Shown here piece after piece: positions 20,817 to 30,278 of a stretch of DNA of 64,000 bases. How positions within the stretch are numbered: the stretch's first letter is position 1; each line of letters opens with the position of its first letter. The DNA is taken from the IMG/VR virus record IMGVR_UViG_3300037424_000495, positions 1 through 64,000 of that record, one strand, 5' to 3'. The translations under genes were made by a program, and so were the position numbers. Source of the stretch: a virus. Taxonomy: Duplodnaviria > Heunggongvirae > Uroviricota > Caudoviricetes. Below the pieces are notes generated by a model. The model was given only the letters and a program-made list of their open reading frames with translations, made no database searches and was not told the origin of the DNA.

Positions 20817-21557
20817 ATGTCCGACAACACTGAATTAGCAATCGTCAATCTTGAACAGCTTCCTTCGACTCAAATCGGCAGCGATGACATCTACAATAAA
20901 TTGGCCCAGGGCGGCGACTATCTCGGCCGCTTGCAATTGTACACCAAGGGCAAAGCTGTCAATAAAGCTTTGATTCCTCCCGGCCACTATGGTATCCCCG
21001 AGAGCGAGGAAGAGATCATCGATTTGGGCACAGGTGTCGATTTCATTCCTTTGGCCCGCCGGCCGAAAGCTATCGACATGACTGATAGTGAAGCGTTAGT
21101 GATCTCCTATGATATGGAGTCCGAAGAATTCAAACGCATCGCGGCGAAGTCGGTAGAATCCGAGTCGCATTGTCAATATGGCCCGTCGTTCTTGATTTAT
21201 GAACGGACCACCGGCCGGTTCTTGGAGTTCTTCTGCGGAAACAAGAGCAACCGTATTGAAGCGAAGAAAATCTTCCCATTCTTGGCTCTTTCGCAGGTGG
21301 ATATCGACGCCAAGGCGGCAGCGGGGAATGATGTTGCCGATTTGAAACCACACGGCCCGATCCCTGTCACTTTGAAAGTGAAGTTGGCCGAGAACAGCCG
21401 TGGCTCTTGGCACGTTCCCGTGGTTGTGAAATGCAGCACGCCTTTCCCAAAAGTGCCAACAATGGATGTGATTGTCCGTGAGATGCAGAAGTTTCTCACA
21501 GTGAAAGACAACGGCGTTGAACGTGTGGCCGAAGATAAACCGGCTCGTGCGCGATAA
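20817..21557 (+). CDS. hypothetical protein
   Basis: AGAGGT RBS; no recognised motifs. Confidence 0.5.
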   Translation: MSDNTELAIVNLEQLPSTQIGSDDIYNKLAQGGDYLGRLQLYTKGKAVNKALIPPGHYGIPESEEEIIDLGTGVDFIPLARRPKAIDMTDSEALVISYDMESEEFKRIAAKSVESESHCQYGPSFLIYERTTGRFLEFFCGNKSNRIEAKKIFPFLALSQVDIDAKAAAGNDVADLKPHGPIPVTLKVKLAENSRGSWHVPVVVKCSTPFPKVPTMDVIVREMQKFLTVKDNGVERVAEDKPARAR

Positions 21558-21586
21558 CTCGTCCACCGTGTGTGGAAGGAGTACCG

Positions 21587-21665
21587 ACGCCGTGCCTTAA
21601 GGGACGGCGTCAGACGTATCTTAACCCAGCAGAATCAACCGAAAGGTCTTCTGCTGGGTATTGTA
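21587..21665 (+). terminator. pair of stem-loops after the 20817-21557 gene (terminator candidates)
   Basis: GACGCCGTGCC-TTAAGG-GACGGCGTC and CCCAGCAGAA-(14 nt)-TTCTGCTGGG followed by a T-rich stretch. Confidence 0.4.
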
Positions 21666-21921
21666 CTCCAAATGTTTAATGTGTTGCTGATCTAACTATA
21701 GCAAACTCGTCGGGCCTCTATTGCAAATATGCTCAACGCGACGGGTCTTTTATCCTGTCTGAGACTAGTTTCATAAACTGGCGCAGACAGCGTTATACCG
21801 CTTGGCTCATTGCGACAGTGGTGAGTCTGACTGTAGGAAGCTGATCGTATAGGTGTGCTACAGCCTCAACCATATTTGATTGACAGAAGAGATTAGCAAG
21901 CGGTTTTATTGGAATAAATAA

Positions 21922-22449
21922 ATGAATCCAGATGCAGTGTTAGTTCAAGTACCGTCGATTGATTTTCGCACATTTCTTGGTTTGACGCATAAGGTCTTGG
22001 GCCGCAATTTAGCTGCGGCAGCCGATGCTTCACGCCGAGAACTATCCGATGCGGAGAAGTTTCTTGGTTGCCTTGCATCCATGCGTGATGTGAAGGCTGG
22101 AGTCGGACTACCTCCATATTTATTGTCGCACGTTTCGTTCAGTGCTTTTATTGGCGCGGATGATCGCGACATGCTTGACATTCTTCAATGCTGTGCAGGG
22201 ATGCCGTTTGTCACGGTGGAAACAAATGTTCGTGGTGTTCAGATAGCAGTTGTCACTGGCACATTAGCTCAATGGAAAGATGCAGTCGTGTCTGGTTGTC
22301 GCCGTGAAGTCGAGCCGTCGGTTCGATCTTGTTTTAACAAATTATACGGCTTGTTTATGGCTAACGGTTTGAATGTCTGGATTGATTTTCAGACACGTTC
22401 TACGTCTGATCAAACTTTTCTGCTGCTTGAAGACAAACGTGGGAAGTGA
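21922..22449 (+). CDS. hypothetical protein
   Basis: ORF in track; stop overlaps the MTase start. Confidence 0.45.
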   Translation: MNPDAVLVQVPSIDFRTFLGLTHKVLGRNLAAAADASRRELSDAEKFLGCLASMRDVKAGVGLPPYLLSHVSFSAFIGADDRDMLDILQCCAGMPFVTVETNVRGVQIAVVTGTLAQWKDAVVSGCRREVEPSVRSCFNKLYGLFMANGLNVWIDFQTRSTSDQTFLLLEDKRGK

Positions 22450-24128
22450 TTATGCAACCTTATTATCAAAGCGGTGATGTGACTTTATATTCTGGTGATT
22501 TACGAAATGTATTACCTGCGTTGCCGGAGTGTAGCGTAGATTGTGTTGTAACCGACCCTCCCTACGGCTATTCATTTATGGGTAAGGATTGGGATCACTC
22601 TGTACCGGGGTCGGAGTATTGGAAAGAAGTTTTAAGAGTTTGTAAACCTGGCGCGATATTGTTGGCCTTTGGTGGAACTCGAACATTTCATCGTTTGACT
22701 TGTGCAATTGAAGATGCTGGCTGGGAAATTCGAGATTGTTTGATGTGGTTATATGGTTCGGGTTTCCCCAAGTCACTGGATATTAGCAAAGCCATTGATA
22801 AGGCCGCAGGTGCAAAGCGTGAAGTAGTTGGCAGTAAAGTAGGTTTGCCGGGTTATTCTTTGAAGCATCAAGGAGTCGGCGGTGTCTTGGCCGGCCGGGC
22901 AGATGGTTCGTTAGATAACAGTGAAGGTGAGTGTGCAATTACGGCCCCTGCCACTGATCTTGCGAAACAGTGGCAGGGTTACGGCACGGCTCTTAAGCCT
23001 TCCTGGGAACCCATCATTTTGGCAATGAAACCACTGGATGGCACCTTTGCTAACAATGCCGAGAAACATGGAGTGGCAGGTTTAAATATCGATGCTTGTC
23101 GAATTGCCACAGAAGAGAATTTAAACGGCGGTGCCTACGCTAAAAATGGCAGCAGGTCAAAACTTGTTGATGATAAGCGAGAAGGTGCGGCAGCCGGAAT
23201 GTTTCAGTCTGGAAAAACAGTTGGACAGGAATATGTACAACCGGTAGGACGTTTCCCAGCAAACTTATTGCTTGATGAAGAAGCCGCCAAACAACTTGAT
23301 GAGCAAACAGGCACACTTAAAAGTGGCACAAATTGTACACGAACAAAACCAGGGACAGGTTATCACGGCAACATTGGCAAGGCTGGAGATGTGCAAACTA
23401 CCTACGGCGACTCCGGCGGGGCGAGCAGATTTTATAGGGTTATTTCATGCCAAGACCAAAACCACCACTTAAACAGTGTGAATACTGTGGAAATTGGTTT
23501 CAACCCGCAAAGCGTAGCTGAAGATTCTGTTCTGGCTCTTGCAGTAATCTTGGAGCACCTCGGGGAAACAGTATCAAACGAACCGTTGGCACGTTTTATA
23601 GCCGACATGCGGAATGTATTAAGCGACAGCACAAAGACAGGTACGCAAACGATCCTGAGTTCAGGAGAAAAGTGCGTGCAAGAGTCGAAGCACATGCTCA
23701 TGGAACAGTTAAAACTGGACCCTGTGAATTGTGCGGAAATATCAAAGCAGACAAACATCATTACGACTATTCAAAACCTCTTGTGTACCAGTGGCTTTGT
23801 CGATCTTGTCATGTCAAGCAACATATTAAAGTCTTGGGCAGTTGGGGAAGTGGTTTGTCCCAAAAATAGATTTAAGTATTGTGCAAAAGCATCAAAGAAA
23901 GAACGTGGTGACGGCAACGATCATTCGACTGTTAAACCGCTTTCTCTTATGGAATATCTCTTAACACTTTGCTCAACACCGACGGGAGGTGTGGTATTAG
24001 ACCCCTTTGCGGGCAGCGGCACTACTCTTGTGGCCGCGAAGCGGCTGGGCCGCACATGTATCGGCGTGGAATTATTGGAACACAACTGTGAGATTGCAAA
24101 ATCACGAATCTCCCAAATACAACTCTAA
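22446..24128 (+). CDS. DNA N6-adenine/N4-cytosine methyltransferase (beta class) carrying a ~440-nt insertion
   Basis: Motif IV VVTDPPYG near the N-terminus; C-terminal HSTVKP...VVLDPFAGSGTTLVAAKRLGRTCIGVEL (motif I). The conserved SRFFY..CAKASKKER region is split (GASRFY ... KYCAKASKKERG) by an insert that encodes an HNH gene in another frame. Confidence 0.8.
   Translation: MIMQPYYQSGDVTLYSGDLRNVLPALPECSVDCVVTDPPYGYSFMGKDWDHSVPGSEYWKEVLRVCKPGAILLAFGGTRTFHRLTCAIEDAGWEIRDCLMWLYGSGFPKSLDISKAIDKAAGAKREVVGSKVGLPGYSLKHQGVGGVLAGRADGSLDNSEGECAITAPATDLAKQWQGYGTALKPSWEPIILAMKPLDGTFANNAEKHGVAGLNIDACRIATEENLNGGAYAKNGSRSKLVDDKREGAAAGMFQSGKTVGQEYVQPVGRFPANLLLDEEAAKQLDEQTGTLKSGTNCTRTKPGTGYHGNIGKAGDVQTTYGDSGGASRFYRVISCQDQNHHLNSVNTVEIGFNPQSVAEDSVLALAVILEHLGETVSNEPLARFIADMRNVLSDSTKTGTQTILSSGEKCVQESKHMLMEQLKLDPVNCAEISKQTNIITTIQNLLCTSGFVDLVMSSNILKSWAVGEVVCPKNRFKYCAKASKKERGDGNDHSTVKPLSLMEYLLTLCSTPTGGVVLDPFAGSGTTLVAAKRLGRTCIGVELLEHNCEIAKSRISQIQL
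23447..23869 (+). CDS. HNH homing-endonuclease-like gene nested in the +2 frame of the MTase ORF, interrupted by one in-frame TGA
   Basis: Translation MPRPKPPLKQCEYCGNWFQPAKRS-(TGA)-RFCSGSCS...CELCGNIKADKHHYDYSKPLVYQWLCRSCHVKQH has a canonical HNH motif plus an N-terminal zinc-finger; the MTase frame stays open across it. Confidence 0.5.
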
Positions 24129-24203
24129 AAACAATCGTAAGGATTGATCTAACTTTAGAGAACTAGAGATCAATCCGGCTTTAAGCCGTTTACACGAGGT
24201 CTG

Positions 24204-26243
24204 TTGATGCCTATCGAGCATGTCAAATTCACAGTGCGCACGTCCAGTGGGACGTTGATTCGCAAGCCCTTGATCCTAGAGTCCGTAGGTGGACGTATTT
24301 ATTTCTGGGACGAGGCGATGAAAAAATCGCCGTGGGGATTCAAGGATGAAATAAAGAGCATGTCTGGCTCGCACTTCCACGGCTACGATGATGAAGGCCA
24401 GTACGCCAAGAAGATGGTTTGGTCCGTGGACGAGTGTCAGCGCAATCGTTTTCAGCTTGGCTTTCTTATGGGAGAGGATGTCTATGCGTGGTTTGACCGA
24501 CCGTTCATTCGGCATCAGTATCGCCCGCTCTATCGCAACGGTGTCCCACAAGACTACATGCCGCATCAAGCAGACTTGTCCGACGGCGGGTTGACGTATC
24601 ACTATCAGATATTCGGTGCCGAGATGGGCGTTGGTAAGACGCTTGCTGCCCAGATGGTTATGGAGATGGCCGGTAAACCGTTGTGGTGGTGGGCAGGGCC
24701 AAAGACCAGTATCCCCAACATTAAACGTGAATTGAAATTGTGGGGCTTTCCATCTAACGATATTCATGTTGAATTCTTCACCTATGAAGGTTTAGTTCGT
24801 GTCATGGATGAGTGGGATGGGACACAGCCATTGCCTTATGGTTTTGTTGCTGATGAATCGAGTCGGTGCAAAAATCACACGTCACAACGCTCTCGTGCCT
24901 GCCAGAAACTTGCGGATTTGATCCGTACAACTTATGGCTTGGAAAATGGCTACGTGCTTGAAATGTCCGGCACGCCATCGCCTAAAACGCCGGTGGATTG
25001 GTGGAGCCAGTGTGAAATCGCGTGGCCCGGTTTTCTTAAAGAAGGCAGTCCGAAAGCGTTGGAAGAACGCTTAGCTTTCATGGTTGAGCAGCAATACGAC
25101 GCCGGCCCTTTCAAGAAGCGAATTGGTTGGCGTGATGATGAACATAAGTGTGAAGTATGCGGTGAGCTTCGTGACGAGGGGCCACACGCAATGGATACTT
25201 GTGACGACCCCGAGGACTATCACCCGTTTAAGGCCAGCAAGAATGAAGTTGGCTATCTCTACGAGCGGTTGAAGGGTTTGGTGATTGTAAAGCATAAGAA
25301 GGATTGTTTGAAACTGCCGGATAAACGCTACCGGAGAATTATTTGCAAACCAACGCCTAGTATTATGCGTGTTGCACAGGCTATCAGTAACGCAGCACCC
25401 AATGCCGTGACGGGGATGACACTTTTACGGGAATTGAGCGACGGTTTTCAATACCGCGATATCCAAGAGGGTGTGACAAAATGCACCCATTGTAAAGATG
25501 GCACGGTAGAAGAGTGGTCGGACCCAGACAACCCGGATAAAACATACTCAGCAATCGAAATGCTGGACCCGAATGTTGTATCAAAACTCGTCAAGCAAAT
25601 TGTCCCGTGCCCTGCTTGTGGTGGGAGTCAAGAAGTTCCAAAAATTGTTCGCGTGACTCGTGAAATCCCGTGTCCAAAAGAAGCAGCTTTGAAGATGTTG
25701 CTGGAAGAAAATGAGGAAACCGGTCGCATTGTGATTTTTGCAGGTTTCACTGGCTCCGTGGATCGAGTCGTTAAATTGTGTCTGCGTGAAAAGTGGAATG
25801 TAGTACGGTGTGATCAAGGTAACTTTCAAGTTTTTGCAGCGACGAGCGACGGTCCTGATGGTTGTCTAGTGACAAATGAAGAGCCATTGGATTATTGGGC
25901 TAATTTGGCGGATCACTCTAAAGTTGCGTTTGTCGCAAATCCTGAGTCAGGCGGCATGTCTTTGACTCTTGTTGAAGCCCGTATGGCAGTCTATTGGTCA
26001 AATTCTTGGAAGCCTGAGTATCGCGTACAGTCTGAAGATCGCATCCACCGTAAAGGCATGGACCTGAATCTTGGTTGCACCATTGTTGACTTGATTCACT
26101 TACCGAGTGATTCGCGCGTTCTTAATGTACTCCATGAGGATCGTCGTCTGGAATTGATGTCGATGGGTGAAATTATGGGGGACGTGAATTGGGATGACGC
26201 CAACGAAGAAGGCGGGATATTAGTCGAGGAGGCTGTGTCGTGA
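24204..26243 (+). CDS. SF2-family helicase with zinc-ribbon insertions
   Basis: Walker A GAEMGVGKT, DExx-like VADESS, helicase C-terminal motif QSEDRIHRKG, several CxxC pairs (CEVCGE, CTHCKDG, CPACGG). Confidence 0.65.
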   Translation: MMPIEHVKFTVRTSSGTLIRKPLILESVGGRIYFWDEAMKKSPWGFKDEIKSMSGSHFHGYDDEGQYAKKMVWSVDECQRNRFQLGFLMGEDVYAWFDRPFIRHQYRPLYRNGVPQDYMPHQADLSDGGLTYHYQIFGAEMGVGKTLAAQMVMEMAGKPLWWWAGPKTSIPNIKRELKLWGFPSNDIHVEFFTYEGLVRVMDEWDGTQPLPYGFVADESSRCKNHTSQRSRACQKLADLIRTTYGLENGYVLEMSGTPSPKTPVDWWSQCEIAWPGFLKEGSPKALEERLAFMVEQQYDAGPFKKRIGWRDDEHKCEVCGELRDEGPHAMDTCDDPEDYHPFKASKNEVGYLYERLKGLVIVKHKKDCLKLPDKRYRRIICKPTPSIMRVAQAISNAAPNAVTGMTLLRELSDGFQYRDIQEGVTKCTHCKDGTVEEWSDPDNPDKTYSAIEMLDPNVVSKLVKQIVPCPACGGSQEVPKIVRVTREIPCPKEAALKMLLEENEETGRIVIFAGFTGSVDRVVKLCLREKWNVVRCDQGNFQVFAATSDGPDGCLVTNEEPLDYWANLADHSKVAFVANPESGGMSLTLVEARMAVYWSNSWKPEYRVQSEDRIHRKGMDLNLGCTIVDLIHLPSDSRVLNVLHEDRRLELMSMGEIMGDVNWDDANEEGGILVEEAVS

Positions 26244-26518
26244 GAATTCATGTTGTGCTTTATAAGGGGCAATGGAAACGGTCAGCGACAGCGTCCCATC
26301 TTCGCGAGCAATTACAACGAGTATTTGGAGATGATTTATGCAATGTCGAGTTTCCTACACCGGATGACACTGATGTAGCTGTAGACGCGATGGTTCGCGT
26401 CTACACAGATAAAAACACAATTCGTGATTTACTTTGTGACAAGTTATTTGAAGCGTTACTACGCCGCATGGAGCCAGAATACGAAAGCATGTTGGAAGTG
26501 GAAGTGCTGGATATGTAG
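26240..26518 (+). CDS. small hypothetical protein
   Basis: Start overlaps the helicase stop (GTGA). Confidence 0.4.
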   Translation: MRIHVVLYKGQWKRSATASHLREQLQRVFGDDLCNVEFPTPDDTDVAVDAMVRVYTDKNTIRDLLCDKLFEALLRRMEPEYESMLEVEVLDM

Positions 26519-26571
26519 CTGAATATGCAACTGGCTGTTACATCTATACACCCCATTTGGAGTCTGCATCA

Positions 26572-27537
26572 ATGAAGTATCTATTAGCTGTGTGTATTGT
26601 CGCGATGTCGTTTGGTGCCTTATTGGCCGCCGAACCTATTACATCTATCCCGGATTATTTACAGGAAATCAGCGTGACTGTTAAAGCTGGCAACTCACAA
26701 GGTTCCGGCACAATTGTTACGCGCAAAGTGGGTGATGATACAGTCTCTTTTATATGGACTGCGGGCCACGTTGTCAATGACTTACGTGTCGTTCGCTCGA
26801 TTATTACTGACACTGGCAACACTCGTGTATTGACTGAATTTAAAGACGCTGAAATTGTTCAAGAATTTCGACAACAGGACGGCCGGCGTGTCGGTGAAAT
26901 CAAGTTGGACGCGAAGATTATTAAGTTTTCGGACGCAGACTACGGTGAAGATTTGGCTTTGCTTATGGTCCGCCGCTTGAATGCGTATCCACTTTCAACG
27001 TCCGCCAAGTTCATAACCGAGCGGCGCTATGTTCCAGCAATCGGCGTCGAATTGAGTCATTGCGGCAGTTTGCTTGGACAATTTGGTGCCAATAGTTATA
27101 CCACAGGTGTTTTGTCGCAGGTCGGGCGCACGTTGGCTATGAAGGGAGCGAATGTCAAGGTCTTTGACCAGGTGACAGCGGTTGCTTTTCCCGGTAGTTC
27201 AGGCGGTGGTATGTATTTGAAGGAGAATGGTGAGTACATCGGAATGTTGACGCAAGGTGTCCAGAAGCTTCAAGGCTTCAATTTTATTGTACCTATACGG
27301 CGCATACATGCTTTCGCGGCTGACGCTAAGATTGAATGGGCTATTGATCCGAATGCGACGATGCCTACATTGAAAGAGATTGATAAAATCCCCGTAGAAG
27401 ATCGAGGCATTCTTCCTGGCGACAAAGCAGCTTTAAATGATAGTTCGCCGTGTGAAGTTCAAGATTATCTCGAACAACTCCGCTACTGGGTACGTGCTCG
27501 TACTGATAGTTTCTTTAAGCGGTCAAAACCTGGTTGA
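26572..27537 (+). CDS. secreted trypsin-like (S1 family) serine peptidase
   Basis: Signal peptide MKYLLAVCIVAMSFGALLAAEP; catalytic-triad contexts TAGHVV (His), DLALLMV (Asp), GSSGGGMY (Ser). Confidence 0.6.
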   Translation: MKYLLAVCIVAMSFGALLAAEPITSIPDYLQEISVTVKAGNSQGSGTIVTRKVGDDTVSFIWTAGHVVNDLRVVRSIITDTGNTRVLTEFKDAEIVQEFRQQDGRRVGEIKLDAKIIKFSDADYGEDLALLMVRRLNAYPLSTSAKFITERRYVPAIGVELSHCGSLLGQFGANSYTTGVLSQVGRTLAMKGANVKVFDQVTAVAFPGSSGGGMYLKENGEYIGMLTQGVQKLQGFNFIVPIRRIHAFAADAKIEWAIDPNATMPTLKEIDKIPVEDRGILPGDKAALNDSSPCEVQDYLEQLRYWVRARTDSFFKRSKPG

Positions 27538-27548
27538 CCATCTGTGTC

Positions 27549-27590
27549 AAACGGCCTCGGGCAGCAGGCCGTTTGGCGTTCTTTTATTGA
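27549..27590 (+). terminator. rho-independent terminator
   Basis: AAACGGCCT-CGGGCAGC-AGGCCGTTT hairpin followed by GGCGTTCTTTT. Confidence 0.6.
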
Positions 27591-27707
27591 CACTGACGCT
27601 GATATCAACTGGCTGAAGAAGTGCATTTTATTGCGCATTTAGGCCACTTCCCAGGCATTGAATCCGTAAAATCAGGCAAAAGCGCATTATAGTAGTGCGG
27701 AGACATC

Positions 27708-29024
27708 ATGAAGTTAAAAAAAGAAATAGTGTCGAGTATTAAGCAAGCTATAGTGGACGGTGTTAAACAGTCTGAGATTGCGAATAAATTTCAGATAAGC
27801 CGATCTACAATTTCGGACATAGCGACTGGGCGGGTTCATAAGGACGTTGAATGGCCGAATAATATGCCACCGGCTCCCAAACGGGCGGGCGGGCAACATA
27901 AGCCTGTTCCAGATTATGACCCCACGGATAAGCGAATCTTGGAGTTGGAAGCTGAGGTTGTTCATCTGACTGATGAACGAAATCGAGAACGCCAACGAGT
28001 TAAAGCAAGTGCTAAGATTACGGGACTGTTTAAGGCTGTCACAGCGGAACTTGATCAACGCATCAAACCGTTTGACGCATTGCCTCAAGCCTTTGAACCC
28101 CGGTGTAAGGCACAGATTGTTGAACATTGTGTGATGCACATGTCGGATGGACATCATGACCAGGTTGTTCGGCCAGAGGAAGTTGGTGGGCTGGAAAATT
28201 ATAATTTCCCCATTTCCTGCAGTCGCGCTGAGCGGTATGTCAATACAGTTTTGGAATGGACACAAGATACTTTGACGCCGAAGTTTTACTTCCCTGTTCT
28301 TTGGGTGTTGGCTTATGGCGATTTTACAAGCGGTGAAATTCATAAGGCTTGTGAACGATCCTATTACCGCAACCAATTCCGAAACTGTTTGGCTATTGGA
28401 CAACTACATGCGTTGATGTACCGCGACTTAGCGGCACACTTCGAGCAAGTGAATGTTTTGTATCTTGCAGGTAATCACGGGCGACGCACGCCCAAGAAAG
28501 ATTATCTTGGTGCCAACGACAACTGGGACTTCTTATGTGGTGAAATTTCCCGTCTTTATTGCCGGGGGCTTGCAAATGTTAATTTTACCATCCCTGATGC
28601 GTGGAGTGCCAATGTTAATATCAACGGCGTAGGCTTCAACGTCTCACATGGCGACGATGTGAAGGGGAACATGGGTATTCCGTGGTACGCTATGACACGC
28701 CGACAAAAAGGCTTAATTGCTCTCGGTGCAGCAGCCGGTGCGCAGCGTTGCAGATATTTTTGTGTGGGGCATCATCACGCCGCAAGTATCTTGTCCGATG
28801 TAGACGGTGAATTGTTGGTTAACGGCAGTTGGATTGGAACTGATCCGTTTGCGTACAACGCCTTGTCTGGTTATCGGGAACCGTCGCAATGGTTACACGG
28901 TGTCAATCCTAAGCACGGTATTACGTGGCGGATGAATGTTAAGTTGCGGCATGAGGCAGAGAAACATGGACCGCAACGATACGTGATTGATGGCGGGCGT
29001 GATGTTGGTCCCTTAATACTGTAA
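27708..29024 (+). CDS. HTH DNA-binding domain fused to a calcineurin-like metallophosphoesterase domain
   Basis: N-terminal QSEIANKFQISRSTISDIATG HTH; phosphoesterase motifs SDGHHD, AYGDFTSGE, LAGNHG, VGHHHAA. Confidence 0.5.
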   Translation: MKLKKEIVSSIKQAIVDGVKQSEIANKFQISRSTISDIATGRVHKDVEWPNNMPPAPKRAGGQHKPVPDYDPTDKRILELEAEVVHLTDERNRERQRVKASAKITGLFKAVTAELDQRIKPFDALPQAFEPRCKAQIVEHCVMHMSDGHHDQVVRPEEVGGLENYNFPISCSRAERYVNTVLEWTQDTLTPKFYFPVLWVLAYGDFTSGEIHKACERSYYRNQFRNCLAIGQLHALMYRDLAAHFEQVNVLYLAGNHGRRTPKKDYLGANDNWDFLCGEISRLYCRGLANVNFTIPDAWSANVNINGVGFNVSHGDDVKGNMGIPWYAMTRRQKGLIALGAAAGAQRCRYFCVGHHHAASILSDVDGELLVNGSWIGTDPFAYNALSGYREPSQWLHGVNPKHGITWRMNVKLRHEAEKHGPQRYVIDGGRDVGPLIL

Positions 29025-29040
29025 CTTAAACGAGGTAACT

Positions 29041-29340
29041 ATGTCGAAAGTCAATGTTCAAGCGGCTGTCGCTATGTGCGGAGCCGCTGTCATCGGGGGT
29101 GTTGTCTTATTCTTAGCCGCCCTTTTAACTCGCGGTCTTGTAATCACATTACTGTGGAGTTGGTTTATGGTCCCAGTATTTGGCCTACCAGCCTTGGGGA
29201 TCGCGTCAGCACTCGGTTTAACACTTGTACTCAATTACTTACTTGACCCGGGTAAGAAGGGAAATCAAACTCTCGTGGAAATCTTTACCACTGCCGGCGG
29301 CGTCTTGGTGATTGGCTATGTGATTCATCTTTTTATGTAA
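29041..29340 (+). CDS. small membrane protein (three predicted TM segments), holin-like
   Basis: 99 aa, hydrophobic stretches VIGGVVLFLAALL, LLWSWFMVPVFGLPALGIASALGLTLVL, GGVLVIGYVIHLF. Confidence 0.4.
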   Translation: MSKVNVQAAVAMCGAAVIGGVVLFLAALLTRGLVITLLWSWFMVPVFGLPALGIASALGLTLVLNYLLDPGKKGNQTLVEIFTTAGGVLVIGYVIHLFM

Positions 29341-29359
29341 AGGAACTACAGTGGCTTGC

Positions 29360-29436
29360 ACGGGTAAAGGCGGTAAAGGTGGTAAGGGCAGTAAAAGCGG
29401 TCGCAAGGGCGGCAGTAAAAGCGGCTGCAAGGGAAA
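29360..29436 (+). repeat. imperfect 9-nt tandem repeat (GGTAAAGGC-like) able to encode a Gly/Lys-rich peptide
   Basis: GGTAAAGGCGGTAAAGGTGGTAAGGGCAGTAAAAGCGGTCGCAAGGGCGGCAGTAAAAGCGGC; GTG at ~29351 after AAGGAAC would give MACTGKGGKGGKGSKSGRKGGSKSGCKGK. Confidence 0.4.
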
Positions 29437-29456
29437 ATAATTTATACGAGGCACCA

Positions 29457-29657
29457 ATGACTACTTGCACTATTGAACATTGGCGGGATGGTGAGTGCCT
29501 AGAGACCTGGGCGGTTACGGAAGACATGATTCAGAAAAATGGCGACAAAGCACGCATTGTTTTCCCTGCTGGGCACATTGAATTGGCAAGTTTTGATGAA
29601 CTGCATTTTTGTCTGGCAGCCGGAATAAATGTTTTGGAGGAGGTACAGGACCGTTGA
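29457..29657 (+). CDS. small hypothetical protein
   Basis: ATG with weak RBS; the track ORF 29379-29657 likely starts here. Confidence 0.35.
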   Translation: MTTCTIEHWRDGECLETWAVTEDMIQKNGDKARIVFPAGHIELASFDELHFCLAAGINVLEEVQDR

Positions 29658-29915
29658 GTAGAGCACTTTTCATCGGCGGGCCTATTGATGGGCAGGAGCG
29701 TGTGCTACGTGACGCTGTATCCGTAATAAGTATAGCCTCGCACCATCAGTCTGATAAGGTCAGACTCTTTAACCCTCAGCCTGTTCCACCACCTGAGCCA
29801 ACATACGAAGTAATTGACTATCATCTATTATTTGCCTTTGGCTCACCAGAGATATTTATTTATTCAATTTGGGATATTACTCCGACACTGTTACATTTGT
29901 GGAAGAATTATAAAC

Positions 29916-30251
29916 ATGCCAACTCTGCCTGATTTTTATAATTTTATACGTGTTCATGCTAATCAAGATTGGGCCGGGGATCAAATTGATTTCCGAATAG
30001 CTCACCTTCAAACAGGTCGCAAACTAGCGGTTTGTCAACCGCTGGAGTTTATCGAGATTCCTGAAGGATCGCGGGTAGCACCGGCTTTCAGTCTAAATCG
30101 TGTGGAGGCGCAACGCCTTATGGATCAGTTATGGGACTGCGGATTACGACCGACGCAGGGGAAGGGCAGTGTTGGGCAGTTAGAAGCAACTGAGCGTCAT
30201 TTAGCTGACGTGCGGATGCTTGTTTCTAACAAGTTGGGAGTGAAATTGTAA
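29916..30251 (+). CDS. hypothetical protein
   Basis: Internal ATG of track ORF 29814-30251. Confidence 0.35.
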   Translation: MPTLPDFYNFIRVHANQDWAGDQIDFRIAHLQTGRKLAVCQPLEFIEIPEGSRVAPAFSLNRVEAQRLMDQLWDCGLRPTQGKGSVGQLEATERHLADVRMLVSNKLGVKL

Positions 30252-30278
30252 AACATTTTATAGTAAAGAGCGGCTTAT

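Noticed and set aside
23516-23521. Genome-wide TGA recoding (code 4/25) to explain the in-frame TGA in the nested HNH gene
   Set aside because: All large genes (1250, 1004, 908 and 882 aa) are intact under the standard code, and no pattern of same-frame adjacent ORFs split at TGA is seen. A local event is more likely.
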